Shown here piece after piece: positions 47,219-57,788 of a stretch of 64,000 nucleotides of DNA (position 1 is its first letter; the number at the start of each line of letters is the position of its first letter). Below the pieces are notes generated by a model. That model ran no database searches. It saw only the letters and a list, made by a program, of their open reading frames with translations, and was not told the DNA's origin. The translations under genes were made by a program, and so were the position numbers. This DNA is from Bacteroidia bacterium (GTDB lineage Bacteria; Bacteroidota; Bacteroidia; Bacteroidales; VadinHA17): the NCBI GenBank assembly GCA_026391215.1, contig JAPLDX010000034.1, positions 1 through 64,000 of the forward strand. The letters run 5' to 3'.

Positions 47219-47758
47219 TTATACATTTATTACAACACTGAAATGTACGATTTTCTTAAGAGTTTTTATTGTATCCAGTACACTTAATTTATGATTCTGA
47301 TCTATTGACCTGTCTGTAACTACGAATGTATCTTCCTCTCCGTCAATTGATTCTATTTTAAGAATATAGGAATAATATTGACCTTTGCTTTCTGCCAGTC
47401 TTGTAGACGGCATATGCTTTGTCAATGTTAATTCTTTAACATTCTGGAAGTCAATTTCAGTTAAAGAATCTCCTATCCTTTTCTTCAGACATGATTGGGT
47501 GATCTCAACCTCACCGATAGGTTTAAGGTTTTCATTGTTTTTCCTGACTTTTATCATTATCAAAACAGCACCGACGATTATCAGCGGAACTGAAATCAAG
47601 TACTTCAGTCCATAACTCATTGATCCGATACTGGAAAGGTTAAATGCAACCAATATCAAACCCGGAATTATCCCGTAAACAGTATAAAGACGCCTGTTCC
47701 TTTTGCCCACGATAACAGGGTCATAATGATCGACACGGAGGATTCTGAAATGGCTCAT
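47219..47758 (-). CDS. Two-TM hypothetical membrane protein
   Basis: Two hydrophobic helices then a beta-rich soluble domain; likely start 47758. Confidence 0.65.
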   Translation of the reverse strand: MSHFRILRVDHYDPVIVGKRNRRLYTVYGIIPGLILVAFNLSSIGSMSYGLKYLISVPLIIVGAVLIMIKVRKNNENLKPIGEVEITQSCLKKRIGDSLTEIDFQNVKELTLTKHMPSTRLAESKGQYYSYILKIESIDGEEDTFVVTDRSIDQNHKLSVLDTIKTLKKIVHFSVVINV

Positions 47759-47771
47759 GAACACTAATAAA

Positions 47772-49262
47772 TTACTGTTTGACAAGAATGACATCGGTTG
47801 ATTTATAGGAAAATACCGGTTCTTTCTTTACACCGGGCTCTGTTACTTTTAGAGAATTGAATGTCACACCATGCACATCATCCAGAACAACGGCCGTCCT
47901 GTAATCTTTTTTTGAAGCCGACAGAATGACATTTTCAAACTTTATTCCTTTTGCATGACGAATATAAAACCCCCATGCCGGAAGCTCCTTGAACATTGAG
48001 AATTCCGGATAGCTTGCTGCCATCTCAGGAACTTTATCCAGCTCATTAAGTCCGACTTCCGCATATTCAGCATTTCCACCACCGGGATACCTGATCTCAA
48101 TATTTTTCAGGGTTACATTTTCAACAGGCACATCAGGCATCCCGACAATTGATGCCGGTGAAATATTACGGGGAAGATCTTCAACCGGCCCTTCATAATT
48201 ATAACCTGCATCAGGTTTTGTTGCAGGTACCTCAGCATATACGTTTGATATCGTTATATTATTCATTCTTCCTTTTTTGCCTGCCCTGCGCTCTCCGATA
48301 CGAAGAAAAATTACATTGCCTGTATTGATAGATCTCAGGCTGTCAACGAGAACATCTTCAACAAATCCGCCATCAACAGCAGCAAATGTGATTGCAGAGC
48401 GGTAAGTATCGAAAACCAGGTTATTGATGATCTTTATATTACGGAAGCCACCGTAAGAAGCTGTTCCGAATTTAATTCCACTGGCGCTTGTACGGACTGT
48501 ATTATTGTGAATATATACATTCTGGCAGACAAAATCTGGTGAGTGCGATTTCAGGCAGATACCATCATCAGCGGCATCAAAGTAAGAATTGGTTACGCTT
48601 ACACTGTCACAGTCAACTATGTCAATCCCATCGTTATTCCAATATGATTTGCTGTCAACAGTGATCCCATCGATTACAACATTCTTACACTGGTCGTACT
48701 GCTGATTCCAGCTGCCGGGATCCTTAAGCATTATTCCGCGGATCACAATATTCCTGCACCCCCTGAAATAAATATTCTGCGGACGCTTGCCTTCACCCGG
48801 ACGATCATATTTCAAAGGATCAGTTATGATTCCTTTATGTATCAGATCAACAAGATTATTGGCGACTGTAAATCCCTGGCCGTCAATGACACCTTTACCT
48901 GTAATACCGATATTCTGCTGATCAAGTGCAAAGATCAGTGCGGTCCAGTTGAAGTTCTGCTCATAGTCCAGTGGATTAACGGAACCAACCAGGATTGCCC
49001 CTTCTTCCAGCTGTATGGTAACATTGGATTTCAGGTAAATGGTTCCGGTAAGATATCTCCCCACATAGAATACCAGTCTTCCTCCGCCATTGGCACTTAT
49101 ATAATCAATGCCCTTCTGTATCGAATTTGTATTGAGTGTCGTTCCGTTCGACTTAACACCAAACATTGATGCATTGTAGTCCTTTGCTTCCAATAATACG
49201 GAAACCATAAGTAACAAAACGCACAGCAATCCTTTCACTATCCTCATTTTTTTCATTTTCAA
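47772..49262 (-). CDS. Glycoside hydrolase family 28
   Basis: NSIQKGID, LKSNVTIQL, WNNDGID, DDGICLKS, IKFGTAS, ELPAWGFYIRH. Confidence 0.92.
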   Translation of the reverse strand: MKMKKMRIVKGLLCVLLLMVSVLLEAKDYNASMFGVKSNGTTLNTNSIQKGIDYISANGGGRLVFYVGRYLTGTIYLKSNVTIQLEEGAILVGSVNPLDYEQNFNWTALIFALDQQNIGITGKGVIDGQGFTVANNLVDLIHKGIITDPLKYDRPGEGKRPQNIYFRGCRNIVIRGIMLKDPGSWNQQYDQCKNVVIDGITVDSKSYWNNDGIDIVDCDSVSVTNSYFDAADDGICLKSHSPDFVCQNVYIHNNTVRTSASGIKFGTASYGGFRNIKIINNLVFDTYRSAITFAAVDGGFVEDVLVDSLRSINTGNVIFLRIGERRAGKKGRMNNITISNVYAEVPATKPDAGYNYEGPVEDLPRNISPASIVGMPDVPVENVTLKNIEIRYPGGGNAEYAEVGLNELDKVPEMAASYPEFSMFKELPAWGFYIRHAKGIKFENVILSASKKDYRTAVVLDDVHGVTFNSLKVTEPGVKKEPVFSYKSTDVILVKQ

Positions 49263-52150
49263 ATTTTCAAATTATCCGAATACAAAGTCACCGGCCCTAT
49301 GAGCCCCATAGACTGTATCGGTTGTATTTTGTTTTTTTCATTAGTCCAGTATTGAGCTATGGGATTATCGATCAGTGATTTCATATAATTGCCCATGGAT
49401 GTCACCACCTTTATTTCAATATCATTAATGCCAGGTTTAAGAAATTCTCCTATCCTGTATATTCTCCTGCCGTACCATTTTACACCGCAATCCTTCCTGT
49501 TCACCTTTAATTCAGACAGTCCGTACACTTTTCCAAGGTTCAGAATTATATTAGCGGGATCATCAATACTTATGCTGTTCCGGTAAATAATTGTCCCTGC
49601 GAAACTCACAAAGTCAGGCATGTCTTTTATGTCCTTAAGAATATCGATCCTGAAAGTTTTTGCAGAACTATCGCGGCAGTGCCTGAACTCAGCGCTCCAG
49701 CCGGTTTCAATTTTTATTTCAGATGATGATCCTGAGGGAAGAGGATCCCATTTGGGTCCGTTTTTTTGTTTGTCAAATACAAACAACACTGATTGTGCCG
49801 GACCAAGATCGAGATCAATGCTATTATCCTTTTCAAGAAATACCCTGTACCTGTTACCTGTTTCCGGATCCCATACCCAGCCATATTTTTTATCCGTAAA
49901 TTCTTTTGAAAAAGTGATCCTGGTCTGATGAGAATTATGAATATGGGAATTAATGATGTAAAGTATTTCTGAGCCGTCATCAGCCTGGTAACGGTTTTGC
50001 AGAACGTACGGATCAGGACTGCTGATATCTACATACGGCTTAATACCGTACTGCTGCTGGATCCCTGAGTACCATACAATGAAATCTTTTTCAGGCTTTT
50101 TCAGAAGGATGAAACTTTCATGAAATACCTGCATCTTTTTAACATGATCAAGAACATCAGCATCATTTTTCTCATGATCTTTCCATCCCAGTGACTGTGA
50201 CGGAACAGTTTCAATGCAGAAGATCCTTCCTCCGGAATTCACAAACTCATTTAGTTTTTCTGCAGTCCCGGGATCAAGACTATCTACCTGCACAAGGAAA
50301 AGGGTATGATATTTCCGCGGACCGTAATGCATGTACCCGTCTTTCATTTCAGCATCCCGGATAACCCTTTGTGAAACATAATCACATCCGCTTCCATTTT
50401 TGTTAATTGATTCCCACACCAGGGTAAAGTAATCCACGTGAGTGATATTAGGGAAAGGTTCCATCTGCGAACCTATGAGGCTCCACATGTCATCATTCGG
50501 AGGAAGAATTGCAATATCGGTATACATTGTAACATTCTGAAGCATAGCTGAAAGGCGTGCCTTATAATTATTATAGAAGTTAAACCAGGGCCACCATGTG
50601 TTATTCTCATTATAATAACCCCCATACCTTATCCATCCAGGATATGGAGCTTCAGGAGGGGAATAATTAAAGCCATGAAATACTGAATGTGTAACGCCTG
50701 TTATTGCGCTCTGGTCGCCACCGATCTTAAGGTTATCAAAAGTGGTGTTGAAGACGGTATAAGTATCCGTATTCTCCTCGCAGCTTACCAATCGTTTGCC
50801 TTTAAGATTTGCCGCCGAGGAGACATATTTGTTTATCATTGTATAGGCTCTTCCACGCCTGTAGTCTTCTTCAGGCATCTCTTCTCCGACCTTATGCCTG
50901 AGCCAGTTCATTGTCCAGGATTCACATTCCGGAATATCATAAGCAAAACTGCCTTCGAGAGGGAAAAAGCTTCTTCCATAAGCCTGGGCGCGTGATTTGA
51001 CATTCAGTCCCCTGCACCATTCAATATAAGTTTTTATAAAGCGCTCTTCCAGCAGCTCTGCCTTAAGCATCTCAAAATCGTATCTCATCCGCTGTATCAT
51101 TGCCTCTAATTCAGGCGACATAGTCACTCCGTATTTAAGGTCAGTGACATTTCCCATACCTCCGGTTTTGAAAAGTATAAAAGGCAGGTAAGAGAAAAGA
51201 TCGTATCCTTTACGCTTTTTAAATTCCTCCATTATATCTGCTGACCAGTTTGCTCCCTCCAGTTCCATGCTGTCAGTAAATAGTGCACGGATATGACCTG
51301 ACAGGGGACCAGTTCTTTTCTCAATAGTTCCCGACATGTTGTCAAGGTATCTTCTTACAGCTTTTTCATCATAGTGATTGAGCACAGGTCCAGTGGCCCC
51401 CGGCGCACCATTGATAACCTGCATGAAACCGTTGATTTTAATAAGACCATATAACGCATATTTCCCTGGCGGAACAGAAACCCTGATCGTTTCATTTTCA
51501 ATCCGGGAGGAAAGATCAATGACCTGGTCTATTTCTGAAAGAGGATCGGGAATCAGTTTAAGGGATAACAGTTCCATTGTTCTTCCCGGGAAGGGAGAGC
51601 TGACTGCCGGATCGGCCTCCCTGAAAATCTCATATTTTGAAATTTCGTATTCAAGAGGACCTGATAATTTTTTAACAGCAACAACAGCAATCTGTGACCG
51701 TTCTTCTCCTTCAAGGTATTCGGCTCCGAACGGCCAGCCTGAGCCAACAATAAGATCACAGGTGAGGCCAAGCGATTTTGCTTCATCGAACGCGATTTTC
51801 AGCAGATCGATCCATTCATCGCTAAGCCATTTCAGTGACAGCTTACCCAGGTCATCACCTTCAGACCGGGAGGGAAAGTCAATGGGATTTATCTCCACGC
51901 CGCCAATACCGGCATTTTTTAAAAGATGCAGTTCCCTGATAAGTTCTGCAGCTTCTACCTTATTTCCGTTCCACCACCACCGGACAAAAGGGTGATAATT
52001 TAAGCCGGGATTTTTAAATGATTCATAAAGATTAAAAGAAGATTGATAATGATCAGCAGCCGGGGAATATGGAAATACATTTATCCTGCCTGCTACAAAG
52101 CAGCCGGCAGAGAACAAAGTGCTTTGCGATATGAATTTCCGCCTGTTCAA
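49259..52150 (-). CDS. Glycoside hydrolase family 106 (alpha-L-rhamnosidase-like) with Tat signal
   Basis: NRRKFI signal; PFVRWWWNG, GIGGVEINPI, GSGWPFG, FTDSMELEG, HGFNYSP; TTG start. Confidence 0.85.
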   Translation of the reverse strand: MNRRKFISQSTLFSAGCFVAGRINVFPYSPAADHYQSSFNLYESFKNPGLNYHPFVRWWWNGNKVEAAELIRELHLLKNAGIGGVEINPIDFPSRSEGDDLGKLSLKWLSDEWIDLLKIAFDEAKSLGLTCDLIVGSGWPFGAEYLEGEERSQIAVVAVKKLSGPLEYEISKYEIFREADPAVSSPFPGRTMELLSLKLIPDPLSEIDQVIDLSSRIENETIRVSVPPGKYALYGLIKINGFMQVINGAPGATGPVLNHYDEKAVRRYLDNMSGTIEKRTGPLSGHIRALFTDSMELEGANWSADIMEEFKKRKGYDLFSYLPFILFKTGGMGNVTDLKYGVTMSPELEAMIQRMRYDFEMLKAELLEERFIKTYIEWCRGLNVKSRAQAYGRSFFPLEGSFAYDIPECESWTMNWLRHKVGEEMPEEDYRRGRAYTMINKYVSSAANLKGKRLVSCEENTDTYTVFNTTFDNLKIGGDQSAITGVTHSVFHGFNYSPPEAPYPGWIRYGGYYNENNTWWPWFNFYNNYKARLSAMLQNVTMYTDIAILPPNDDMWSLIGSQMEPFPNITHVDYFTLVWESINKNGSGCDYVSQRVIRDAEMKDGYMHYGPRKYHTLFLVQVDSLDPGTAEKLNEFVNSGGRIFCIETVPSQSLGWKDHEKNDADVLDHVKKMQVFHESFILLKKPEKDFIVWYSGIQQQYGIKPYVDISSPDPYVLQNRYQADDGSEILYIINSHIHNSHQTRITFSKEFTDKKYGWVWDPETGNRYRVFLEKDNSIDLDLGPAQSVLFVFDKQKNGPKWDPLPSGSSSEIKIETGWSAEFRHCRDSSAKTFRIDILKDIKDMPDFVSFAGTIIYRNSISIDDPANIILNLGKVYGLSELKVNRKDCGVKWYGRRIYRIGEFLKPGINDIEIKVVTSMGNYMKSLIDNPIAQYWTNEKNKIQPIQSMGLIGPVTLYSDNLKI

Positions 52151-52156
52151 TGTTAA

Positions 52157-52909
52157 CTACTTCTGGCAAACGATGATGAACTCCCTTGATTTTTCATTCA
52201 GTTCATTTCCAAGAAAATCACCGAGTATTTTATAATTCTTAAAATCCGATCTTTCAATTAAATGTTCCAGTTCAAACCTGAAGAAGTATCTTAAAGGTGT
52301 CAGCCAGTGTTCCTGCTTAACTTCATTGCATTCATCCCATTCCAGGAGGAAATCGATGTTTATCAGCTGATTGTGCAAATCGGGCTTTGTTGATACGGTG
52401 CGTTTAACTCTTTTACCTGGTTCATATTCTCCATCAAAATCTATCTGATTGCTGATGCCGCTTATCAGGGGACGAAGGTCCGGAACGAATACATCAAAAA
52501 TAAACCTGCCTCCGGATTTTAAATGCCTGTAGACGTTATTCAAAGCCCTGATCTGTTCCTCTTTTTCTATAAGATGCATGAACACCCGGAAAGGAGCTAT
52601 TATCAGGTCAAATTTACGATTGTGCTTAAAATCAGTAATGCTTTGAATACTTATCCGGTAATGCTCTTTTTTATCAAGTTTCTTAAGCAGGACATTAACC
52701 ATGGAAGGACTGATATCCAGACCATAGATATCTGCTCCCCTTTTTAAAGCATTAAGAAAGAATCTCCCGGTTCCAGTCCCGATTTCCAGCACCCTGCCCT
52801 TTGTCCGGCTTATCTCACCAAGATAGAATTCAGCATCATCGCTATCCCTGATCTGATGATAAATCTGGTCATAGAAGCGTGCAAAAGTTTCCGGATATAA
52901 AGCAACCAT
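52157..52909 (-). CDS. Class I SAM-dependent methyltransferase
   Basis: VLEIGTGTGR, GLDISPSM, HLKSGGRFIFDVFVP. Confidence 0.92.
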   Translation of the reverse strand: MVALYPETFARFYDQIYHQIRDSDDAEFYLGEISRTKGRVLEIGTGTGRFFLNALKRGADIYGLDISPSMVNVLLKKLDKKEHYRISIQSITDFKHNRKFDLIIAPFRVFMHLIEKEEQIRALNNVYRHLKSGGRFIFDVFVPDLRPLISGISNQIDFDGEYEPGKRVKRTVSTKPDLHNQLINIDFLLEWDECNEVKQEHWLTPLRYFFRFELEHLIERSDFKNYKILGDFLGNELNEKSREFIIVCQK

Positions 52910-52950
52910 GGTTTTTCGATTTAAATACGACCAGATACAAAGGTTGTATT

Positions 52951-53676
52951 TTATCGATTATTATGCAAATATTCGTTATACCAGAACAACGACACATCAG
53001 CATATGAGTAATTTTCTGTTTTGAAAAGTCTTGTGTTGAAAAATTTTTTCCCGGACATTTCATCAATGTCCCTGGCGTTTTTCAGGAAACCGGTATTGTA
53101 CGCGGTTGCAAAAAATTTGACTTTTGATGCCTTATCCGGCCACTCCCTCTTGAAACGTTTCTCGCAGATTTTATAAAAGGCGATAAGATAATTTATCTCT
53201 GTTTCAGGATTTTCCAGATCCGCTATCACGGATGCCCGGTAGGATCTCTTGTCAGTATAAGATGATTTCTTTCTGAAAAGAGCTTTCAGCTCCCTGTCCG
53301 TATCGGCAAACACCCTGTTTTGAATATCTTCAGCAAAGGAAGGTTTTATCTGGAATACGCCAATTGAGAAGTCGGCATAATCATCACCCAGATTCCTGTA
53401 TAATGTTTTAAGCAGCGTTATTTCCATTTTATCTCGGAGGGCTGAATAACGGACCAGCTCCGGAAAAATGACGGCAACCGCTTCATCATACGGAATATCA
53501 AACCTGGACAAAGCAGGCTTTAACCAGATATTATTATCTTCAATGAAGGTCAGGGCTTTCTGCCAGTCGCTGCCAAAGATCTCAGCATAATTCAGTGATT
53601 GAGCGTAACCAGATCCCTGCAATCCGGTCAGCAGTATTAAAAAGAGAATTATTTTTCCCGCTTTTCTTATTGTCAC
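52951..53676 (-). CDS. Secreted hypothetical protein with lysozyme/SLT-like motifs
   Basis: Signal peptide; VIFPELVR, FSIGVFQIKPS, ATAYNTG. Confidence 0.6.
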   Translation of the reverse strand: MTIRKAGKIILFLILLTGLQGSGYAQSLNYAEIFGSDWQKALTFIEDNNIWLKPALSRFDIPYDEAVAVIFPELVRYSALRDKMEITLLKTLYRNLGDDYADFSIGVFQIKPSFAEDIQNRVFADTDRELKALFRKKSSYTDKRSYRASVIADLENPETEINYLIAFYKICEKRFKREWPDKASKVKFFATAYNTGFLKNARDIDEMSGKKFFNTRLFKTENYSYADVSLFWYNEYLHNNR

Positions 53677-53689
53677 TTTGACAGGTTAC

Positions 53690-54724
53690 TTACCATGCAA
53701 TTTTGCACTGCATAATTGCATTCCTTTTCGGGGAATAATACATATAAACCAGATAAACCTGTCCGCTGATCTTTTCAAGATGAGGATTGAAGCAGTCAGG
53801 CAGGGTGGATTTATCGCTGAAGGTCAAAGTGCCATAATTGTAATAGGCGTATTTGGTGTTTGACGCATTGACAAACAACTTAATACTGCCCTGCATCTCA
53901 TTGGTCAGATTAAAAAGAGTTTTTCCCTGGAGGGTTTTGATAGAATTATATGTAATCAGCAGTATATCATCATATTTAGCATCTCCTGAAAAGCTGCCTT
54001 GTGAGGACATAGGATCAAAATTTGCGTCCGGGATATTTGTGATAAACTTTGGTATACTGTTCTGCACGCCGCCTCCCTCCATTACTTTATTTGCCATCTG
54101 CTGGCTGAATTTCATGGCAAGTTCCATGCGTTCCTGGTCACTTTTTGCATTATTAATGGCTTCTTCCATTTTTTTACCCTCATCTTCGGTGGTAATAATA
54201 TTTTCAATCACAAGACAGGCAAACTTATCTTTTGATTTTGAAACAGCAAATTGAGTGATCTCAGCATAAGGGCCATAGGTATTTCCTCCCATTGTGATCT
54301 GGTACTTTTCTCCTGATTTGGTTATTATACCCTTGTATCTCGTCAGCAAGCCATTCGGTCCCTGGTCATCTCCATATCCTGCTATACGTGAATCTCCTTC
54401 TTTATACGGACCCTGGGTAACTCCTCCCTTTACTATATAAAACTCGCCTGACCTGCGATCCTGAGCAAGAAGCGAACCATCGTCCATTGATGTGATATCC
54501 ATTTCTTTGTAATCGAGCTTGAATTTGCCACCCATATCCAGGACAGATTCGGGTTGATCACAGGCACAGCCGGGCTCGGCTTCCTGTTTAGAAGAGTTTC
54601 CTCCGGTTCCGAGAAGTTCATCCTTCATGGCACCGGCTACCTTCTTGAGTAACCCGCCCTGGGCATTTAATGGATTAGAATAAACCAAACATATAAATAC
54701 AAGAAACAATAATGACTTTTTCAT
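53690..54724 (-). CDS. Secreted hypothetical protein
   Basis: Signal MKKSLLFLVFICLVYSNPLNAQ; LLKKV..MKDELLG, CAC, two GPY motifs; no family recognised. Confidence 0.7.
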   Translation of the reverse strand: MKKSLLFLVFICLVYSNPLNAQGGLLKKVAGAMKDELLGTGGNSSKQEAEPGCACDQPESVLDMGGKFKLDYKEMDITSMDDGSLLAQDRRSGEFYIVKGGVTQGPYKEGDSRIAGYGDDQGPNGLLTRYKGIITKSGEKYQITMGGNTYGPYAEITQFAVSKSKDKFACLVIENIITTEDEGKKMEEAINNAKSDQERMELAMKFSQQMANKVMEGGGVQNSIPKFITNIPDANFDPMSSQGSFSGDAKYDDILLITYNSIKTLQGKTLFNLTNEMQGSIKLFVNASNTKYAYYNYGTLTFSDKSTLPDCFNPHLEKISGQVYLVYMYYSPKRNAIMQCKIAW

Positions 54725-54743
54725 ATTCATTAGATTTTTACTT

Positions 54744-55454
54744 TTAAACAATATAATTATTTGAATTTAAAAATTTAATATTCCTGGCAAAGGCCGGAGA
54801 ATCGTATGAAGGATTAAAATCAGGATTCACTGCAATTTCTCCTGTCTGGTGGTTGATAAAGCCTTTTACATAGCGGTTTGGTAAAAGATAAACTGTATCT
54901 GAATTTTCATTTTTGGAGACGGGTGTTTCATTTAAAATATTTTCAACATTGACTCCCTTTAATCCATGCCTGTCAAGCTCAGCTGTATAATGATCAATGA
55001 TCCTGTCTGCAAGACATATAATAATAAGATAATGCCCAAAAGATTTTCGGCTGTTATGTTTCATAAGAAGATCGAGCCTGTCGTTGGTTACCGGAAGCGC
55101 GGTCTTATAGAATGAGTCGGTATAACGGAATCCTTCAGTCAGTATACTTCTGGCAACCGTTTCTTCCTTTGTATAATGGATATATATTTTTGAGTCTTTC
55201 TTATTTTCAAGCAAGAATTCCAGGGATTTCTCTTCAAATAATTTATCATTAAAGAAAGAACTATAATGTTGTACTTTTCTGACTTCCATCAGGAATCTTT
55301 TCATCTCTTCGGCACTCCAGCTCTTTTCCATTCCGGAAAGACGCTTTACTGTCGATTCAATGAATAAATTCTTTTTTACCAGCTGGAAATGCAGATAAAT
55401 AATATATCCGAGAAGTACAGCAATTAATAATATGAATACGATATATGTTCCCAT
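54744..55454 (-). CDS. Membrane-anchored hypothetical protein, possible ADP-ribosyltransferase-like fold
   Basis: N-terminal TM helix; YIHYTKEETVARSILTEGF. Confidence 0.55.
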   Translation of the reverse strand: MGTYIVFILLIAVLLGYIIYLHFQLVKKNLFIESTVKRLSGMEKSWSAEEMKRFLMEVRKVQHYSSFFNDKLFEEKSLEFLLENKKDSKIYIHYTKEETVARSILTEGFRYTDSFYKTALPVTNDRLDLLMKHNSRKSFGHYLIIICLADRIIDHYTAELDRHGLKGVNVENILNETPVSKNENSDTVYLLPNRYVKGFINHQTGEIAVNPDFNPSYDSPAFARNIKFLNSNNYIV

Positions 55455-55501
55455 CTCATTTTTGTAAGATGCCGGGAAGCAACAACAAAATCAAATTATT
55501 C

Positions 55502-55690
55502 TTATTTCCCCTGTGTTTTTTCTGTCTCTTTTCCTTTCTGGTATTCCTTTAATCCCATCCAGAACAGCACCCCGGCAGCCACCCCGAACAAAAGGATGAA
55601 CAGAGCTTTTATGTCAAGGCTTTTAAAGAATATTACCAGAGCTGTGATCAGTGAAACAACGCTTAATGCGAAAAAAATAAATGTTTTCAT
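55502..55690 (-). CDS. Small two-TM membrane protein
   Basis: MKTFIFFALSVVSLITALVIFF...ILLFGVAAGVLFWMG; fits between rubrerythrin and the next gene. Confidence 0.6.
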   Translation of the reverse strand: MKTFIFFALSVVSLITALVIFFKSLDIKALFILLFGVAAGVLFWMGLKEYQKGKETEKTQGK

Positions 55691-55717
55691 TTTCTGAAAA
55701 TATTTTACCTGCAAATC

Positions 55718-56296
55718 TTAGTAGTTTTCCTCCCTCATTTGCATGAATGCTTTTGGATGCAGGCATGCCGGGCATGTTTCAAGAGCTTTTGCCGATTCAT
55801 ACACATATCCGCAGTTGATGCATTTCCACCATACTTTGCCTTTTTTCATAAAGACCTGATCTTCTGAAATATTCTGCAATAGTTTCAGATACCTTCGCTC
55901 ATGCTCTGCTTCAACTTTAGCGATCATTTTATACGCAGTGGCAATTTCAGGGAATCCTTCATCCATTGCTGTTTTAGAAAAATCGGGATAGATAACTCCC
56001 CATTCTTCATGTTCTCCTTCAGCAGCAGCTTTCAGATTTTCCTTTGTCGTGCCTATCTTCCCTGCCGGGTAGCCGGCAGTGATTTCTGTCATTCCGCCTT
56101 CCAGAAACTTAAAGAATCTCTTGGCATGTTCTTTTTCCTGGAGGGAAGTTTCCATGAAAATATTTGCTATTTGTTCGTAGCCTTCTTTCCTTGCAACGCT
56201 GGCAAAGAATTCATAACGGTTACGGGCCTGTGATTCGCCGGCAAACGATTTCAGCAAATTCTGCTCTGTCCGGGTTCCTTTCAATGATTTAGACAT
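55718..56296 (-). CDS. rbr: Rubrerythrin
   Basis: TEQNLLKSFAGESQARNRY, EKEHAKRF, GEHEE, EAEHERRY, WKCINCGY...CPACLHP. Confidence 0.96.
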   Translation of the reverse strand: MSKSLKGTRTEQNLLKSFAGESQARNRYEFFASVARKEGYEQIANIFMETSLQEKEHAKRFFKFLEGGMTEITAGYPAGKIGTTKENLKAAAEGEHEEWGVIYPDFSKTAMDEGFPEIATAYKMIAKVEAEHERRYLKLLQNISEDQVFMKKGKVWWKCINCGYVYESAKALETCPACLHPKAFMQMREENY

Positions 56297-56392
56297 AGAT
56301 TTTATTTTTAAATTGTTAGACTTTAGCTGATTCAGATTTCTTCCGCAAAAATACGATTTTCCCGGAAAGATAATTCAGGTAAACGTCATTTA

Positions 56393-57628
56393 TCAGTAAT
56401 CAAACCTTGGATTGACAGCATTATTATAGATAGATCCAAAAGTATAGGTGAATCCGAAACTTGTATAGTACTGGTAATCTGTTGCCTGCATCTTTCTCCG
56501 GAGAAGTACATCCTCAAGTGATGCATCTCCCATTGGAAGAGAGATCTGGTCATGGACAAGACTTGCACTCCCATAGATATTGAACGATAAGCCTTTAATT
56601 ATCCTTAAGCTGGTGCTTGTATACAAACGTAGCCTGTTGTATGACCAATCGAAAAGATAATTGCTCCATGCAAGGGATGTGTTGATAGAGCCCCATTTCT
56701 GAATGTATTTCAATGATGCAGTCAGAGAATGGAATGCCACTGTCTCCTCGAACTTCTGGCGTGTTGTCTCTTCGGTGTAGTTATTGATTTCCACACCGGC
56801 CCGGTATGATACGGTAAAAATCCGGCGTGTTGATTCTGAATAGGGGAAAATATCATATTCAATTCCCGGGGCTAACCTTAAGGAAAAGTCATAGTTGCTA
56901 TAAGTTGACGTCTGGACATAAGTTTCTCCGCCCACGGACCAATGATCATTTATACTTTTGACATATGAAAGCTCCCCGTAATAATTCTTTATGGTGCTTA
57001 TATAAGTGGTATCCTCATATTTATATGTGTCCTTTTCAAAATCCATTCCAAGGCTCGATTCAAACTTCGATTTTTCAGTGATCCTGTTTGCTGACAGGTA
57101 GCCATATATATACCCATAGTTAAAGGTTTTTTGCCCCTGGGAATATGCATTCATGCTTGCACTATAAACCCAGTTATTCCATTTATCGGTAGACACTGTT
57201 TCTGAAAGCGGTTCGCTGAAATTAATATTCATATACTGCGCAAGGGGTGTTTTTGCAACATACCTCATTAATCCCATCTTTAGTGCTTTAACCTCCTTGG
57301 CACGCTGAGTATCATCAGTATCATCGGGACTGATATTGCATTTCAGGGTATCGGCCATCCCCTTGTATTTTCCCTGGCCAACAATGAAGAATGTGGTGAT
57401 ATAGCCTCCTGACCCCGCTGATTCATAAGTGGAAATTATATAGACATCAGCAACTCTTCTGTCCCTGACATAGTTAATGTAAGGGATCTCTTTCTTAACG
57501 TAATCGCTGGCGGTCATAAAGACATTAAGTGCATCTTTACGCAGAGTGTCAGTAGTTGAAACTGTTTCCTGGGAAAAAACAGGAAAGAAGAGAAATGATG
57601 TAACGAGGAACATCAGAATTTTTTTCAT
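56393..57628 (-). CDS. Putative outer-membrane beta-barrel protein, tandem paralog 2
   Basis: Signal peptide (start 57628); homologous along its length to 57789..59063 (DTLRKDALNVFM, PGIEYD.FPYSESTRR, FTYTFGSIYNN.VNPRF). Confidence 0.75.
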   Translation of the reverse strand: MKKILMFLVTSFLFFPVFSQETVSTTDTLRKDALNVFMTASDYVKKEIPYINYVRDRRVADVYIISTYESAGSGGYITTFFIVGQGKYKGMADTLKCNISPDDTDDTQRAKEVKALKMGLMRYVAKTPLAQYMNINFSEPLSETVSTDKWNNWVYSASMNAYSQGQKTFNYGYIYGYLSANRITEKSKFESSLGMDFEKDTYKYEDTTYISTIKNYYGELSYVKSINDHWSVGGETYVQTSTYSNYDFSLRLAPGIEYDIFPYSESTRRIFTVSYRAGVEINNYTEETTRQKFEETVAFHSLTASLKYIQKWGSINTSLAWSNYLFDWSYNRLRLYTSTSLRIIKGLSFNIYGSASLVHDQISLPMGDASLEDVLLRRKMQATDYQYYTSFGFTYTFGSIYNNAVNPRFDY

Positions 57629-57788
57629 TTTCCAATTAGTTAGGTAAATATTTAGCAATAACGAAGTTAGGCAATGAAATATTGCCAAACTAATTTATTT
57701 TAGGCCGGAATTTACTCTCCGAAGCCGCTATAAAATTAAGGGCTTCAATTACCGGGAATGAAAAACCCGTATCACATCAGGAAGAACG

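Noticed and set aside
47772-52150. Polysaccharide utilisation locus
   Set aside because: GH106 and GH28 are adjacent but there is no SusC/SusD pair or sensor-regulator in the window.
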